Source: Blepharisma stoltei ATCC 30299
Taxonomy: Eukaryota > Protista > Ciliophora
Direction: 5' to 3'
Length of the DNA: 64,000 nt
NCBI GenBank assembly: GCA_965603825.1
Contig: CBFDEM010000050.1
Location: 62,001-126,000, forward strand
The position numbers and the translations under genes were made by a program. Numbering within the stretch: position 1 is the stretch's first letter; the number at the start of each line of letters is the position of its first letter. A model generated the notes under the pieces. The model had not been told where the DNA came from and did no database searches. It saw only the letters and a program-made list of their open reading frames with translations. Below, one piece after another: positions 49,989-60,578 of this stretch.

Positions 49989-50151
49989 TCCTTTTTATTA
50001 AAAATTATTAATATGTTTTATGTTAAATTTAAGATGATTCCTAATAAATATATTTTACTCTAGTTGCCTTTCCACATATCAGTTAATTTTTTCTAATTTT
50101 AAATTTAAATTCCATTTAGCTTTATTTAATACAAAATTACATGTACAAAAA

Positions 50152-50862
50152 TTATGGACTTGTTCCATCATTTCCTTGTGTTTTAAATGAAGTTAGCGAA
50201 ATATCCATGATATTTTGATTCTTTTTCGAAAACGGTGATGGGTCCCTTTTTCTAATCGAAGGTACAACTTGTTGCTTTTTGTGTCCTACCACAAAAGATT
50301 TGTTTATATAGTTACGTGAATTCTCATTTATTCTTTCCATCTCCCCAATTATTTTTCGATTTTTATAAATTCGGCTCTCTTCTTTTCAACTTAAATTTTT
50401 TGTTTTTTTTGTTTTTAAAGGCGGAAGCGAAAAACTTGCTTTATTTCCTGAGACAGTGAGCTCAAGTTGATTTTCTTTAGCGCTTTCTTTTGATGGTTTT
50501 ATTTGTGAATCCATGCTTTCCTGAAATGCAATTCTTTTAGTTACTGCTCTTGTTGACACCACTAATAAAGACGGCTGCATTTTTGGCTCAGGTTTTATAG
50601 GCTCAGATTGTATTGGCTCATACCTGCTTATCCTTTCAAAAACTTTATCTGACAAAGGGCTATAAATTTTATAATTCCTGCAAAACTTTGATGCTTTTAG
50701 ATTGATTTTAGATAGAGGCTGAGGTGTAAACACAAATTTTTGGTCTGGCTCATCAACATTCACAAGTAAGTCTTCATTATTTACTTTTACTGAGGTTGCT
50801 AATAAGCTTTCTATACGTTGTGAAGCATATCTTCAAAATTCAGCTTGAGAGAGTTCTTCCAT
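50152..50862 (-). CDS. Hypothetical basic/low-complexity protein
   Basis: ATG 50862 and two track ORFs lie in one frame across two TGA; ends TAA. Confidence 0.65.
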
Positions 50863-50873
50863 ATTAAGCTTAA

Positions 50874-51992
50874 TTAATTATGCGAAGTCACTGGGTTAAG
50901 GTTGCAGTTTGGGCATCTAGGACGGAAAGATTTCAAAATCAGCCACTCATTGAGGCAGCTTGAATGAAAAATATGACGACAAGTCGTTATTTTTACCTTA
51001 TCATTTTCGGATAGTTCGGTTAAACATATAGTACAAACTGATTCTCCTAAAAATTCAAGATCTGAGGCAAAAGCTTTTTCTTCAAGCCGCTGGTGGATAG
51101 GGGGTTTCAGCATTTTGAAGCATTTGGAGTTTAGGCAGCAATATTTGATAATTCCGATTATTACTAACTTTGAAAGGCTGAAGCCAACTATGGAACAAGA
51201 GATAAGGACAAAAATTGTTAAGGGCCCGATATTTTCGTCATCTGACTGATGGGCTTGGCAGGATTTTGGAGGATTTTTTAAACTGTTACAGTAAAGCTCT
51301 AGCAATGAGCCTTTTTGGCTATCAAACTCCTCTCCATTAATGATAATTGTCGGAGCTATATATGAAAAATTTCTATTTTTCTCAAATTCCTTCTGCAAAA
51401 TTCTATTATCATCAACCAATATATCAGTCCCATCAACAGAATCATTAACACATTTTAATATTTCTGATGGTGATTGCCCAACAGCATACAAATAAATTTT
51501 ACTACAAAGGCTTGCATAGCTATATCTGCAATAATTTGAAATTAACTCCAAATATTCAATAAAAATTCTTGATGATTCTGAATTTTTTCTTGTTTTTTTC
51601 AAAAAACAAAGAGACCGTAAAGACTCAATTACAAGGTCTCTGCCTAAGTTGATGCTTTGTGAATCTTTTAAGCAGTATCGTCCTGAGGCAATACAATCAT
51701 CAGTTATTTCAGTACCATTAAGATTTGAATAATACTCAAAAGATAGATCTAAAAAAATTCTGTCAGAAAGAGTTTTTTTCAGGACTCGATACAAGCCATT
51801 AATATATTTCCAGTCTCGGATATGATCCCCTGTTAAATAAAGAAAGATATAAGGAATGTCTGATTTGAATGGCTCACTAATTATGCTGGTGTTTTGTATT
51901 GGTAAAGAATAATCATTTGCCAGAGTTCGATTTTCATGCAGAAAAATTGCAAATAAATAGCTCATTAAATTTAACATTATGGCTTCCATCAT
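50874..51992 (-). CDS. Vacuolar-sorting-receptor-like luminal domain + TM + RING-H2 E3 ligase
   Basis: CIASGRYC, GRDLVIESLRSLC, DNRILQKE, PTIIING, YC.SLKNPPKSC; TM IFVLISCSIVGFSL; CTICLTEL...CRHIFHSSCLNEWL...CPNC. Confidence 0.78.
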   Translation of the reverse strand: MMEAIMLNLMSYLFAIFLHENRTLANDYSLPIQNTSIISEPFKSDIPYIFLYLTGDHIRDWKYINGLYRVLKKTLSDRIFLDLSFEYYSNLNGTEITDDCIASGRYCLKDSQSINLGRDLVIESLRSLCFLKKTRKNSESSRIFIEYLELISNYCRYSYASLCSKIYLYAVGQSPSEILKCVNDSVDGTDILVDDNRILQKEFEKNRNFSYIAPTIIINGEEFDSQKGSLLELYCNSLKNPPKSCQAHQSDDENIGPLTIFVLISCSIVGFSLSKLVIIGIIKYCCLNSKCFKMLKPPIHQRLEEKAFASDLEFLGESVCTICLTELSENDKVKITTCRHIFHSSCLNEWLILKSFRPRCPNCNLNPVTSHN

Positions 51993-52191
51993 TTTTAATT
52001 TTTGATTATAAAAGTGACTGCAATGCACTTTATATATTACATTGAGATCAAAAATCCTCAAAAAATGCCTCAAAACGGAGCAGGAAAAACCATTATGAGA
52101 TATAACGGTGAAGTAATTAGAATATTTGATTTTTTTTAAGCATAATTAATATATTATTTAGATTAAATTTTATTTTCAGCAAAGTTGATAT

Positions 52192-53550
52192 TTATGGGCT
52201 GCGTTGATTTATGTATTCTTGCTTTTTCAATCATAAATACTCTTTAATCAATCTTTTGAGCCACTTTAATACAGATTTTACACTTGGCAACTTCGATAAA
52301 GAGTTTGGCGGAGAATATTCCAGTATAAGAATAACAACATTTTTATAGAATTCTTTAGAATCATTGGTAATTTTTGCCTCTTTAATTACTTTTTGGCAAG
52401 CACTAACAATTTGGTCAGAGCTTTCTACTTTTAAAGCCCTTATCAGCTGGCCTATTATTTTTCTCATTGTGCTTGAGCTTATTTCTTCATTTTTTGGAGC
52501 TCTTGCAGGAGAAACTCGTTTTCTAGTCAATGTCCTTTGTGTTTCTAATAATTGGTCTTCTAAGTCATTTATCCTTTGCTCACACTCATCTAAATATTTT
52601 TTGAGATCTTCCTTTGTATTAATTAAATCTTGGATTTCTTTGTCTTTAGAATCAAGCTTAGAAATCAATTTAAAATCTTCTTTGCTTCTGCTTTTGGATT
52701 GTTCGCTTAATAGACTTCCCATTCTAATTTTTAAACTTTCAGCTTCTTCTTTTGATTTTTCAGAAATTTGCAGAAGATTCTTATTTTGTGTTGATAATTC
52801 GAAATTGATTTTTTTTAATTCTTTATTTTCATTTTCTAATAGATTGATTTTTTCTACGTTTGATTTTAAAATTTCACTAAATTCCGCTTTTTCATATGAA
52901 AACTGAATTTTAATTTTTTCTAAATCTGCGATTTTGTTGAGGAATTCTTTTTCTTTTTCTAAATCAAGTTCTTGTTTTTGATGAATTTTTACTAATTTGA
53001 TATTTAATTCTTGGATTAGCCTTTCGCAGCCATACAATTCATTTTTTAAATCTGCAATTATATTATCTTTTTTGATTAATTCTATATTTACCACTTCCAA
53101 TTCATCGATTTTTGCTTTAGTATCACAAATTTCTTTTTTTAGTTCTTTAATTCCTTTATTTTCTTCAAAATTTCCATTGCTTTCATAAGAGTCCTGTTTT
53201 AAAAATCATGAAGAAATGCCTGGATCTAAAGTGTAGCTGAATTTTTTCTTTTCAGGGGATTTTGGGTTTAAGGTAAAATCAATTAATTCTGGTTTCACAT
53301 TAATTCAAGGTTCAGCTTTAGTTTTGTTTATTTCTTGGCCTTTTTCTATATAAAAACCGGAATCTGATTTTTGAGATTTTGAAAAAGATAATTCAAGATC
53401 TTCTTTAGAGAGTTTTGATCCAATATATAAATTATTGGGTTCAGGAATTCAAGAAGACTGAGAGCTTTCTCCAGTTATTTGTTTTTGGATATTTTGCAAA
53501 GATTTTTTTATGTTTGAAATTCGTTCCTCGACATCATAATCTAAAGACAT
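52192..53550 (-). CDS. Coiled-coil protein
   Basis: ATG 53550 to TAA 52192 in one frame across TGA codons; E/K/L-rich heptads. Confidence 0.75.
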
Positions 53551-54336
53551 CTTTTAATATTTTAATTTTGTATATCCATATCATAAGTATTTATATTGTG
53601 AAAAGGGAAAATATCGCCTATAAAGAAAAAGGCTTTGATTGATTAAATTATGTAACTCAATAATTTTTAGATTGATAGTAATAAGCTATATTCAAGAAAA
53701 ATTAAAGATATCTGAGAATAAATAGATATTGATAGGAAAAAAGCTGGGTAACTGAGAAATATTCAATTAATTATCATAATCATAAAATATGATTACACAG
53801 GTAAATCGTACATGAGTTCATTGTAATATTACCTTTGCTGAATAATAGTATGCTAAATTGAAAGTTTCAATTTTGTTAATATTACACTCTTAATAAAAAA
53901 TTAAACAAATTTATCCTTAATTTTTAATTCTCCCATTTTCAATCAAAATAATAAATAATAGTTAATGGAGATTAATGATAATTAATTAATTTTAATGGAG
54001 TTCCAAATAAGTTATTTTAATCCATTTCAAATTGAATAGGCATTGAACCTTCAAAAATATTAATAAAATGCTTAAAAATTGTAATATGAAGAATCAACGG
54101 AGTCTCTAAGCTTAGCATCAACAAAATAAAAATTTCACATCTTCTAAAATATAAAAATTATCACAAAAATCAGGAATTAAACTCAAAATTTATTAATTCC
54201 AAGAAAGATACACACATTTTCACAAGTTTTTGCAAATAATAATATACCTTAAATATTGAAAATAATTAAGACGAATTACAAAAACCTCATCCATTTTAGC
54301 TAATAAAATTTCACACCAATAATTAAATTTTCTAAG

Positions 54337-54951
54337 ATGGTTGATTGCATTGACGAATACTTGGGATCAGAATACACATGCCAATTTGATTTCTTGTTGG
54401 AATCAATGCAGTCAGAATTAATGCATCCTAATGAGCGTAAACTTTCATTTGTTGACTTACTGAGTCACTCCTACGCACATTACACAGATGTAATCCTTAC
54501 ACAGATCCCTAGCATAGATTCTATGCCAGAGCACTTCGACGAGCAAACACTTACACAATCATTCACTCAAGAGGATTGCGAGGTCAAACTGAATCCCTTG
54601 ATTTATGAGGTCTATGAGACCCAAATTCAAAAGCAAAAGAAAAAAAAGCCTATTGTCGCTAAGGACACAATTGTTGTCATACACAAGCCTGTCGAGCTCA
54701 CTCCAGACCACATCATCGGGACAATTACGCTAGAAGAGCGCCGAAAAAAGATCAAAAAATACCTGGAGAAGAGGCAGAGGCGAACGTGGAACAAAAAGAT
54801 CTCTTATGACTGCCGAAAGCGAGTCGCTGACGGCCGATTAAGGATCAAAGGGAGATTTGTGACAAAAGAACAGGCAATCGCCATTCTTGGGATTGACCAC
54901 CCAGCTGTACAAAATTTGTTAGCGATGGAAAGGGAAAGCCAGAATAATTAG
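54337..54951 (+). CDS. CCT-domain (CONSTANS/CO-like/TOC1) protein
   Basis: ERRKKIKKYLEKRQRRTWNKKISYDCRKRVADGRLRIKGRFV. Confidence 0.9.
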   Translation: MVDCIDEYLGSEYTCQFDFLLESMQSELMHPNERKLSFVDLLSHSYAHYTDVILTQIPSIDSMPEHFDEQTLTQSFTQEDCEVKLNPLIYEVYETQIQKQKKKKPIVAKDTIVVIHKPVELTPDHIIGTITLEERRKKIKKYLEKRQRRTWNKKISYDCRKRVADGRLRIKGRFVTKEQAIAILGIDHPAVQNLLAMERESQNN

Positions 54952-55405
54952 TTATATAGCATAATCTGAATGGTGATTCATTATGAATAAGGACTTATAC
55001 GTTTGGTTTATTTTTTGGGGTTATTTTGAGATTTATCGGAGAAATCTTGAAATATCAAAAATCTGATAGAGGGAGAATAAATTAATTAAATAGGAATAAA
55101 TCTAGTCAATAAATAGGTGAAGTAATTTAGAATTCTGTAATTTTATTAATTTAGAAATTTTATTTACTTCCCTAATGATTGAAAAAGCTGTTTTAATGGT
55201 TCTCATCAGACTTACTTGTTTGCTACTTTTGACCCTTAAATTTTTTATCAAATATTTTATCGTACTCAAAGTTTGGTAGAAAACTTTTTAACCTAAACTT
55301 CATATTCAGTAACTCTGTAAAAAGGTATAATGCTTGCATACTCTTAAGCAAACGTATTTCTTGTGTTAATTAAAAGCTCTTATTTTTAAGTTTATAATTA
55401 TTAAA

Positions 55406-55657
55406 ATGAAACTATTAAAATTTCTTAATTTGTGGAATGAAGCAAGAGCAGATTATCATGTGGCTGAAAAATTATCAGAGAGCAAGTCATTTAGAAAGTT
55501 TGTAGTAGGAATTGTAGAGTTTCCTCGAAAAATCGCAGATTATTTAGTCCCTGATCATGAAATTGCAGAATTGAAGAAAAAAGAAGCAGAAAAAAACTCA
55601 AAGACTTACCTCCTTGAAGATAAAAATCACCCAAAATATGTAAGTAATAAAAAATAA
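55406..55657 (+). CDS. Small hypothetical protein (83 aa)
   Basis: Isolated ATG..TAA ORF with higher GC than its flanks and an AT-rich start context. Confidence 0.6.
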   Translation: MKLLKFLNLWNEARADYHVAEKLSESKSFRKFVVGIVEFPRKIADYLVPDHEIAELKKKEAEKNSKTYLLEDKNHPKYVSNKK

Positions 55658-56239
55658 AGCCTGTTTTTAAATCGATGCTTTAATCAGATCAAAATAGAAA
55701 TAATTTTACGTATTAATTAGCCATTATTTAGCAATTTTTGATTTATTAGCCAAAATTATTGTTGCTTTAAGCTTCAAATATAAGAAATGCCATAAATTTT
55801 ATATTTTAAAGTTTGTAATTGAACAAATAAATAAACCTCACTCATTCCAAAAATATTAAATCGCTGTAAAATAATCAAAAATATATAGATTTTTTTATTT
55901 CATTTCATAATGAGCTTGCTAGTACATCATGCAAAATACTATTAAAGATAAATAAATATTAAATTTGAAGTAGATTAAAATTTCTCACTAATTTGGAAAT
56001 TATTTCGTTGATCCCTAATTTAAAGTGACTCTTTATATTATTTAAAATTTATAAATTAATCTAGTAAGATTGCTATATTTTAAATAGTATAATTATTAGG
56101 CAGGGCAACCATTAAAGAACTCACATATAAGTCTTCTTTTAATTTTTTTAAGAATGCTTTGAAGAAGCCTCAGATGAGATTGCAGCTAATAGAAGTTATG
56201 AGAATTTATACAAAAATCACAGCTTTTAGTTTCAGACAT

Positions 56240-56283
56240 GACTGTTTGGCCGAGCGGTCTAAGGCGGTAGCTTAAGGCGCTAT

Positions 56284-56314
<31 letters not shown>

Positions 56315-56319
56315 AGTCA
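56240..56319 (+). tRNA. tRNA-Leu (anticodon AAG)
   Basis: GACTGTT/AGCAGTC acceptor; TGGCCGAGCGGTCTAAGGC D arm; GTAGC-TTAAGGC-GCTAT anticodon arm; variable arm; GTGGG-TTCAAAT-CCCAC; T6 terminator. Confidence 0.95.
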
Positions 56320-56502
56320 TTTTTTACTATTATTATTTTCTGAATTTTTGGTATACTTAAAGGATCATTTTTGCTTATTAATCATAATGAAGATATATAT
56401 CATTTAACGATTATAATTTAACTCGCTACTTTTTTCCTATTTGCAATTAAATATTTTTTAATTCTATTTTATTAGTAGTTTTCTAAACTTATATTCTTAT
56501 AT

Positions 56503-58431
56503 TTATAAATTTGCAATTTTAGAACCTTTCCGCGCTTGAAGCTTCGTCATCAATGAAGACAGTGCGTTTCCTGACTTTTTTGCCTTTATAATACTTTCAA
56601 AACTAATCGCTGCTTTTGAATCAATAGACAGATTCCTCGACCTGTCATGCCCTCCTATTGACGGTTTTGGCTGTGGCGTTGATTTCATTGAGCTTTCATT
56701 GCTCATTGCATCTTCTTTATCCTCAAAAAATGGTGAGCTCTGTATATTAAAGCTTGGTACTGAAACTGAATGTGAATGATGTGACTGCGCAATGGTCAAT
56801 TTATTTTTCAAATCTTTTATTTCCAGCTCTTTTTGCATAAGCTGTTTATTTAATTCTTCTAATTTTTGTTCATCTTTCTACCTAAAATTTACCTTTTGAA
56901 AGCTATTATTTTCTTGCTCAAAAATAATATCAGATAAAGCCAATATATATTCTTTCATAGAATTAAACTGCTCTTTGTTAAAATGAGCTTTATATGACTT
57001 TCTAGGCTCACTTGTGGAGGCTAAATAGAGCTTACGGCGTGATCTTAAAGATTTGCTGCGGACTTCTATTTCGTGCCTGAAAATGTCTTTAAAAGTTTTG
57101 GATCTTTTTAATATTGGGTATAGTCTTACAGAAGAAAGCAATGTATTTAGAGTAATAAAATCCCATCGTAGCCATTTTAGGATTGGGGATATGTTTTCTT
57201 CACATAGCTCAAAAGGACATTGCTCACATCATTTCCCGACTAGGTGTAAAGCTTGGTCTTCTGATTTTATATTTAAATATTTGTACTTCAAAATTACCTC
57301 AAGATTACTTTGAGAAAATTTTTCTAAGCTTTCATTTTCTAGAGAAGATTCTGGATTTTTAGCCAAATGCTGTAGGATTGAGGAATATAAAAACTCAACT
57401 TTTGCAAAAATTTTTATTTTTAAATCAGAAATACTCTGCTGGTTAAAAGGTGAAATAGTTCTGATTATATCTTGAGAATTTGAGCCTGCAAGAATTGGGA
57501 TTAAATTTGGATGTTTTCCTGACAGATCTTCATCATTAATTTGTACAGCATATGAAATCACCACAATAGAATCTTTTGTGATGCCTTTATTTGATTTTAG
57601 TTCTGTATGTTTTAAAGAAACTTCTAATTTATTTTCATGCTCAAAGCTTCATATACACAAAACCCAGCTCAGCCCGCTAATCTCAAAAGGCTCAGATTCT
57701 CTATAGAAATTTCCAGACTCAAAATGCATGATATTTCAAGTAAAACCTTCCAGCTGCCTATTAGTGACATCAGAGTTCAATATTTTTGTTTCTTCTTTTT
57801 CTAATAAATCGAGCAGCGACGAAGCACCTTTCAGCTCTTTGATTTTTTCAATAATATATGAGTTATCAGAGCTCGCCACAATTAAATTTTGTTCCATTGA
57901 GCTTCCAATTAAGTCTTCTACTAAAGGAACTTCCATTTTCTCAATGACTGACTGAAATTTAGAAAAAATAAAGCTTGAATTTTTAGCTGAATAATCTAAC
58001 GTCGCATGATATAGGATTTTTCAATGTTCTGCTACAGGAGGTGTGGAAATCTTTGTGAAAGCGTCTTGCAGGAATAATAAAACTGTTTCTTTAGTTAGTC
58101 CTGGGCATATAATATCAGTTATCAATGAAATTTGCAGTTTTGTGTCTTTAAAGAAGTCTGAAAGCCAAAGAAGCTTTTGGACGTTGAATAGGTCAGTTTT
58201 CTGGATTTTTCCTGTGTCAAGATAGGAAATATAAAGGTTTAGAGAAAGAGGAGTCACCCATTCAGGAAGAAGGACTCTTACCTCAGCATAATTTTCAGAT
58301 CCGATCAAGATTTCTTGGAAATAGCTGCTTTTTGAAAGCAAAAGCTGTTTGTTCGCTCTTATAGTATCGTTTTCTACAGCAAAAACGACTTCTCCGTCCA
58401 GATTGAGGCTTTGATTTTCTAAAGGATTCAT
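56503..58431 (-). CDS. BTB/POZ - MATH-like - BACK-like - coiled-coil protein; one 15-nt intron
   Basis: Five track ORFs in one frame. BTB VVFAVENDTIRANKQLLLSKSSYF...YLDTGKI; MATH-like FT(W)NI...SEPFEISGLSWVLCI; BACK-like LNIKSEDQALHLVGK(W)...LRW. Confidence 0.8.
56878..56892 (-). other. 15-nt spliceosomal intron
   Basis: GTAAATTTTAGGTAG; removal joins QK|KDEQKLEE in frame. Confidence 0.82.
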
Positions 58432-58475
58432 AATTTAATAATAAATCAGTTAATAAAGAGGGTTTTTCATAAATA

Positions 58476-59099
58476 TTAGTAACATGAACTCAGCTCACTA
58501 GAAGCTGTATTTCGCTTAGTCATTATGGCCTCAGCGATTTTTCTGAAAAGCAGATCTATATTTAACGAAGATTTCGCTGAAGTCTCAAGCCATTCCATAT
58601 TATGTGTTTTGCTGAATTTTTTGGCCATTGCCTCAGAAACTTGTTTATTGCTGCTGTCAGCTTTATTTCCTACCAGAAATAGAATGCAATTAGGCTCTTT
58701 TGAAATTAGGTCATTAACCCAATATGAGCATTTTTCAAATGTCTTTAAATTGGCGACATCATAGACAATAACACTGACTGAAGTATCTCTGTAATATAAA
58801 GGCATCAATGATTTAAATCGTTCTTGACCCGCTGTGTCCCATAGGTCTAGAGCGATAGTTTTATTGATATCTAGAGGAATATTCGTCTTAAACTGTGCTG
58901 CATTTGTGTTGACGATGGATTGATGAAATTGGACTCCAAGTGTGATTTCATGAGCTTCGTCAAAAAGGTTGTAGATGTGCCGCTGGAGAATTGATGATTT
59001 TCCAACTCCTGAGTCACCTAGAAATATGACCTTATTTTCGATTTTTGAGCTGCATCTGAGCTCTCTTTTATTTCTCTTTTTTCTATTGTTGCAACACAT
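58476..59099 (-). CDS. Rab-family small GTPase (Rab5-related, divergent)
   Basis: GDSGVGKS, WDTAGQERFKSLMPLYYR, GNKAD, ETSAK. Confidence 0.92.
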   Translation of the reverse strand: MCCNNRKKRNKRELRCSSKIENKVIFLGDSGVGKSSILQRHIYNLFDEAHEITLGVQFHQSIVNTNAAQFKTNIPLDINKTIALDLWDTAGQERFKSLMPLYYRDTSVSVIVYDVANLKTFEKCSYWVNDLISKEPNCILFLVGNKADSSNKQVSEAMAKKFSKTHNMEWLETSAKSSLNIDLLFRKIAEAIMTKRNTASSELSSCY

Positions 59100-59113
59100 T
59101 TTTACTCCTAATA

Positions 59114-60514
59114 TTAAAAGATTAAATGAGTTGGAATCCTATTATAGTCGCAGACCTTCGAAATAGCTCGAGACAGCGACTCATGTTTAAACTGCATCTC
59201 TTTCTCTATATCCTCCAATATCTCCTGAGAGCTCCTCCTATATCCTTCTAAATTCCTTTCAAGATCTCCTATTTTTTCACTCAAATTTTTATTTTCCCCA
59301 TAAAAAGACCTTGACAGACACTCAATTTTATTCCCAATACTCAAATTAAGGTCTCCAGTCTGAGTCAAATACGAGTCTCTTTCAAATTGCTCATGCAAAA
59401 TTGAAATTTCAGCTGACAGCTTTGCAATTTTTTTTTCTTGATTTTCTATAAGTTCTTGCTGCCTTGCTGAAAGTGAGTGTTTAATTTCAGCGACTCTTTC
59501 GATGGTCTGTGTGGTTAAATTCTGCAAGACTGAATGATCATGCTTTATTGACCCTTGATAATGTTCAAGCTGTTCTTGGATCTCACTGATTTGTTGAGCA
59601 AGCTCTTTTGAATTGATTTGGAGGGTGTCGTCATAAGTGTCAAGTCTCCGCTTATTGTCATCTCTGAGGAGGTCTAAATCTTTATCAAGCTTTTGTCGTT
59701 TGGAGTCAATGAAGTCGATTTTGTCTTTAAGGTCGAAGGATTCTTTTTTAAGCCGGTTCATGTCTATGTCATAGTTTTCTTTAAAGCTGTCAAATGTAAG
59801 GTTAAGCTTTCTGAGATCTAAGGTAAATTCTTTTAGTTCTTCAGCGTTTCTGAAACCTTTTTCCCGGGTGTCTTTGAGCTCAAATCCTAAATTGTCAAAT
59901 CGTTCGTTCACAATATCAAACTTATCGTAGACTTCTCGCCGAATTTTGCTAGAAGAGGCTGAAATTAAGTCATCAAGCCTAATATTCAGCTCATTCTTCA
60001 GCTGATTGGCAGAGCTTCCAACTAAATTTTCAGTTTTCGATTCAATTTCTTTTTTACTATGAGCCAAATTTACATCCACGATATACCTATAGCTGTCGTT
60101 AAGTTCCTTTTTTAGCTGAATAATTGACTTGTTTTGTTCGGTCATTGCAGTGTCTAATACATTTATTATTTTTTCTTGTTGCTGAAGCTTAGGGGATAAA
60201 ACTGAATATTCTTTCCTTGCTTCATTCAAAATTTCTTCTCGTAGATTTCCTAGCTGCCCAAGAATATTTCCTGATAAATCTTCAAAAGCAGCCTTTAGTG
60301 CGTTGATTTGAATAGACAGCTGCTGGTGATTCTAAATAAAGATTACTTTGTAATTCATCACTTCCAACGACTCAGTGACATCAGATTCCTTTGCCAAGTT
60401 TTCTTTAAGCTCTTCAATTGCATATGTCATAGTATCAAGCTTTTCTCTGAGCTTTACTGGGTTTTTCATCTTACTCAGAGAAGATTTCGTTGGGGAGTAT
60501 AGGCTTTTTCTCAT
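59114..60514 (-). CDS. Coiled-coil protein; one 15-nt intron
   Basis: ORFs 60332..60514 and 59114..60229 join in frame after removing the intron at 60332-60346. Confidence 0.8.
60332..60346 (-). other. 15-nt spliceosomal intron
   Basis: GTAATCTTTATTTAG; removal gives NYK|NHQQLSIQ. Confidence 0.86.
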
Positions 60515-60578
60515 TTTTGTTTGAATTTCTATATTGAATTTGATGAGAAAGCAAGGATTTATGTAAACTAATTATAAT

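Noticed and set aside
49875-50063. 62-aa ORF
   Set aside because: Overlaps the tRNA-Glu gene, has a TTG start and no protein features
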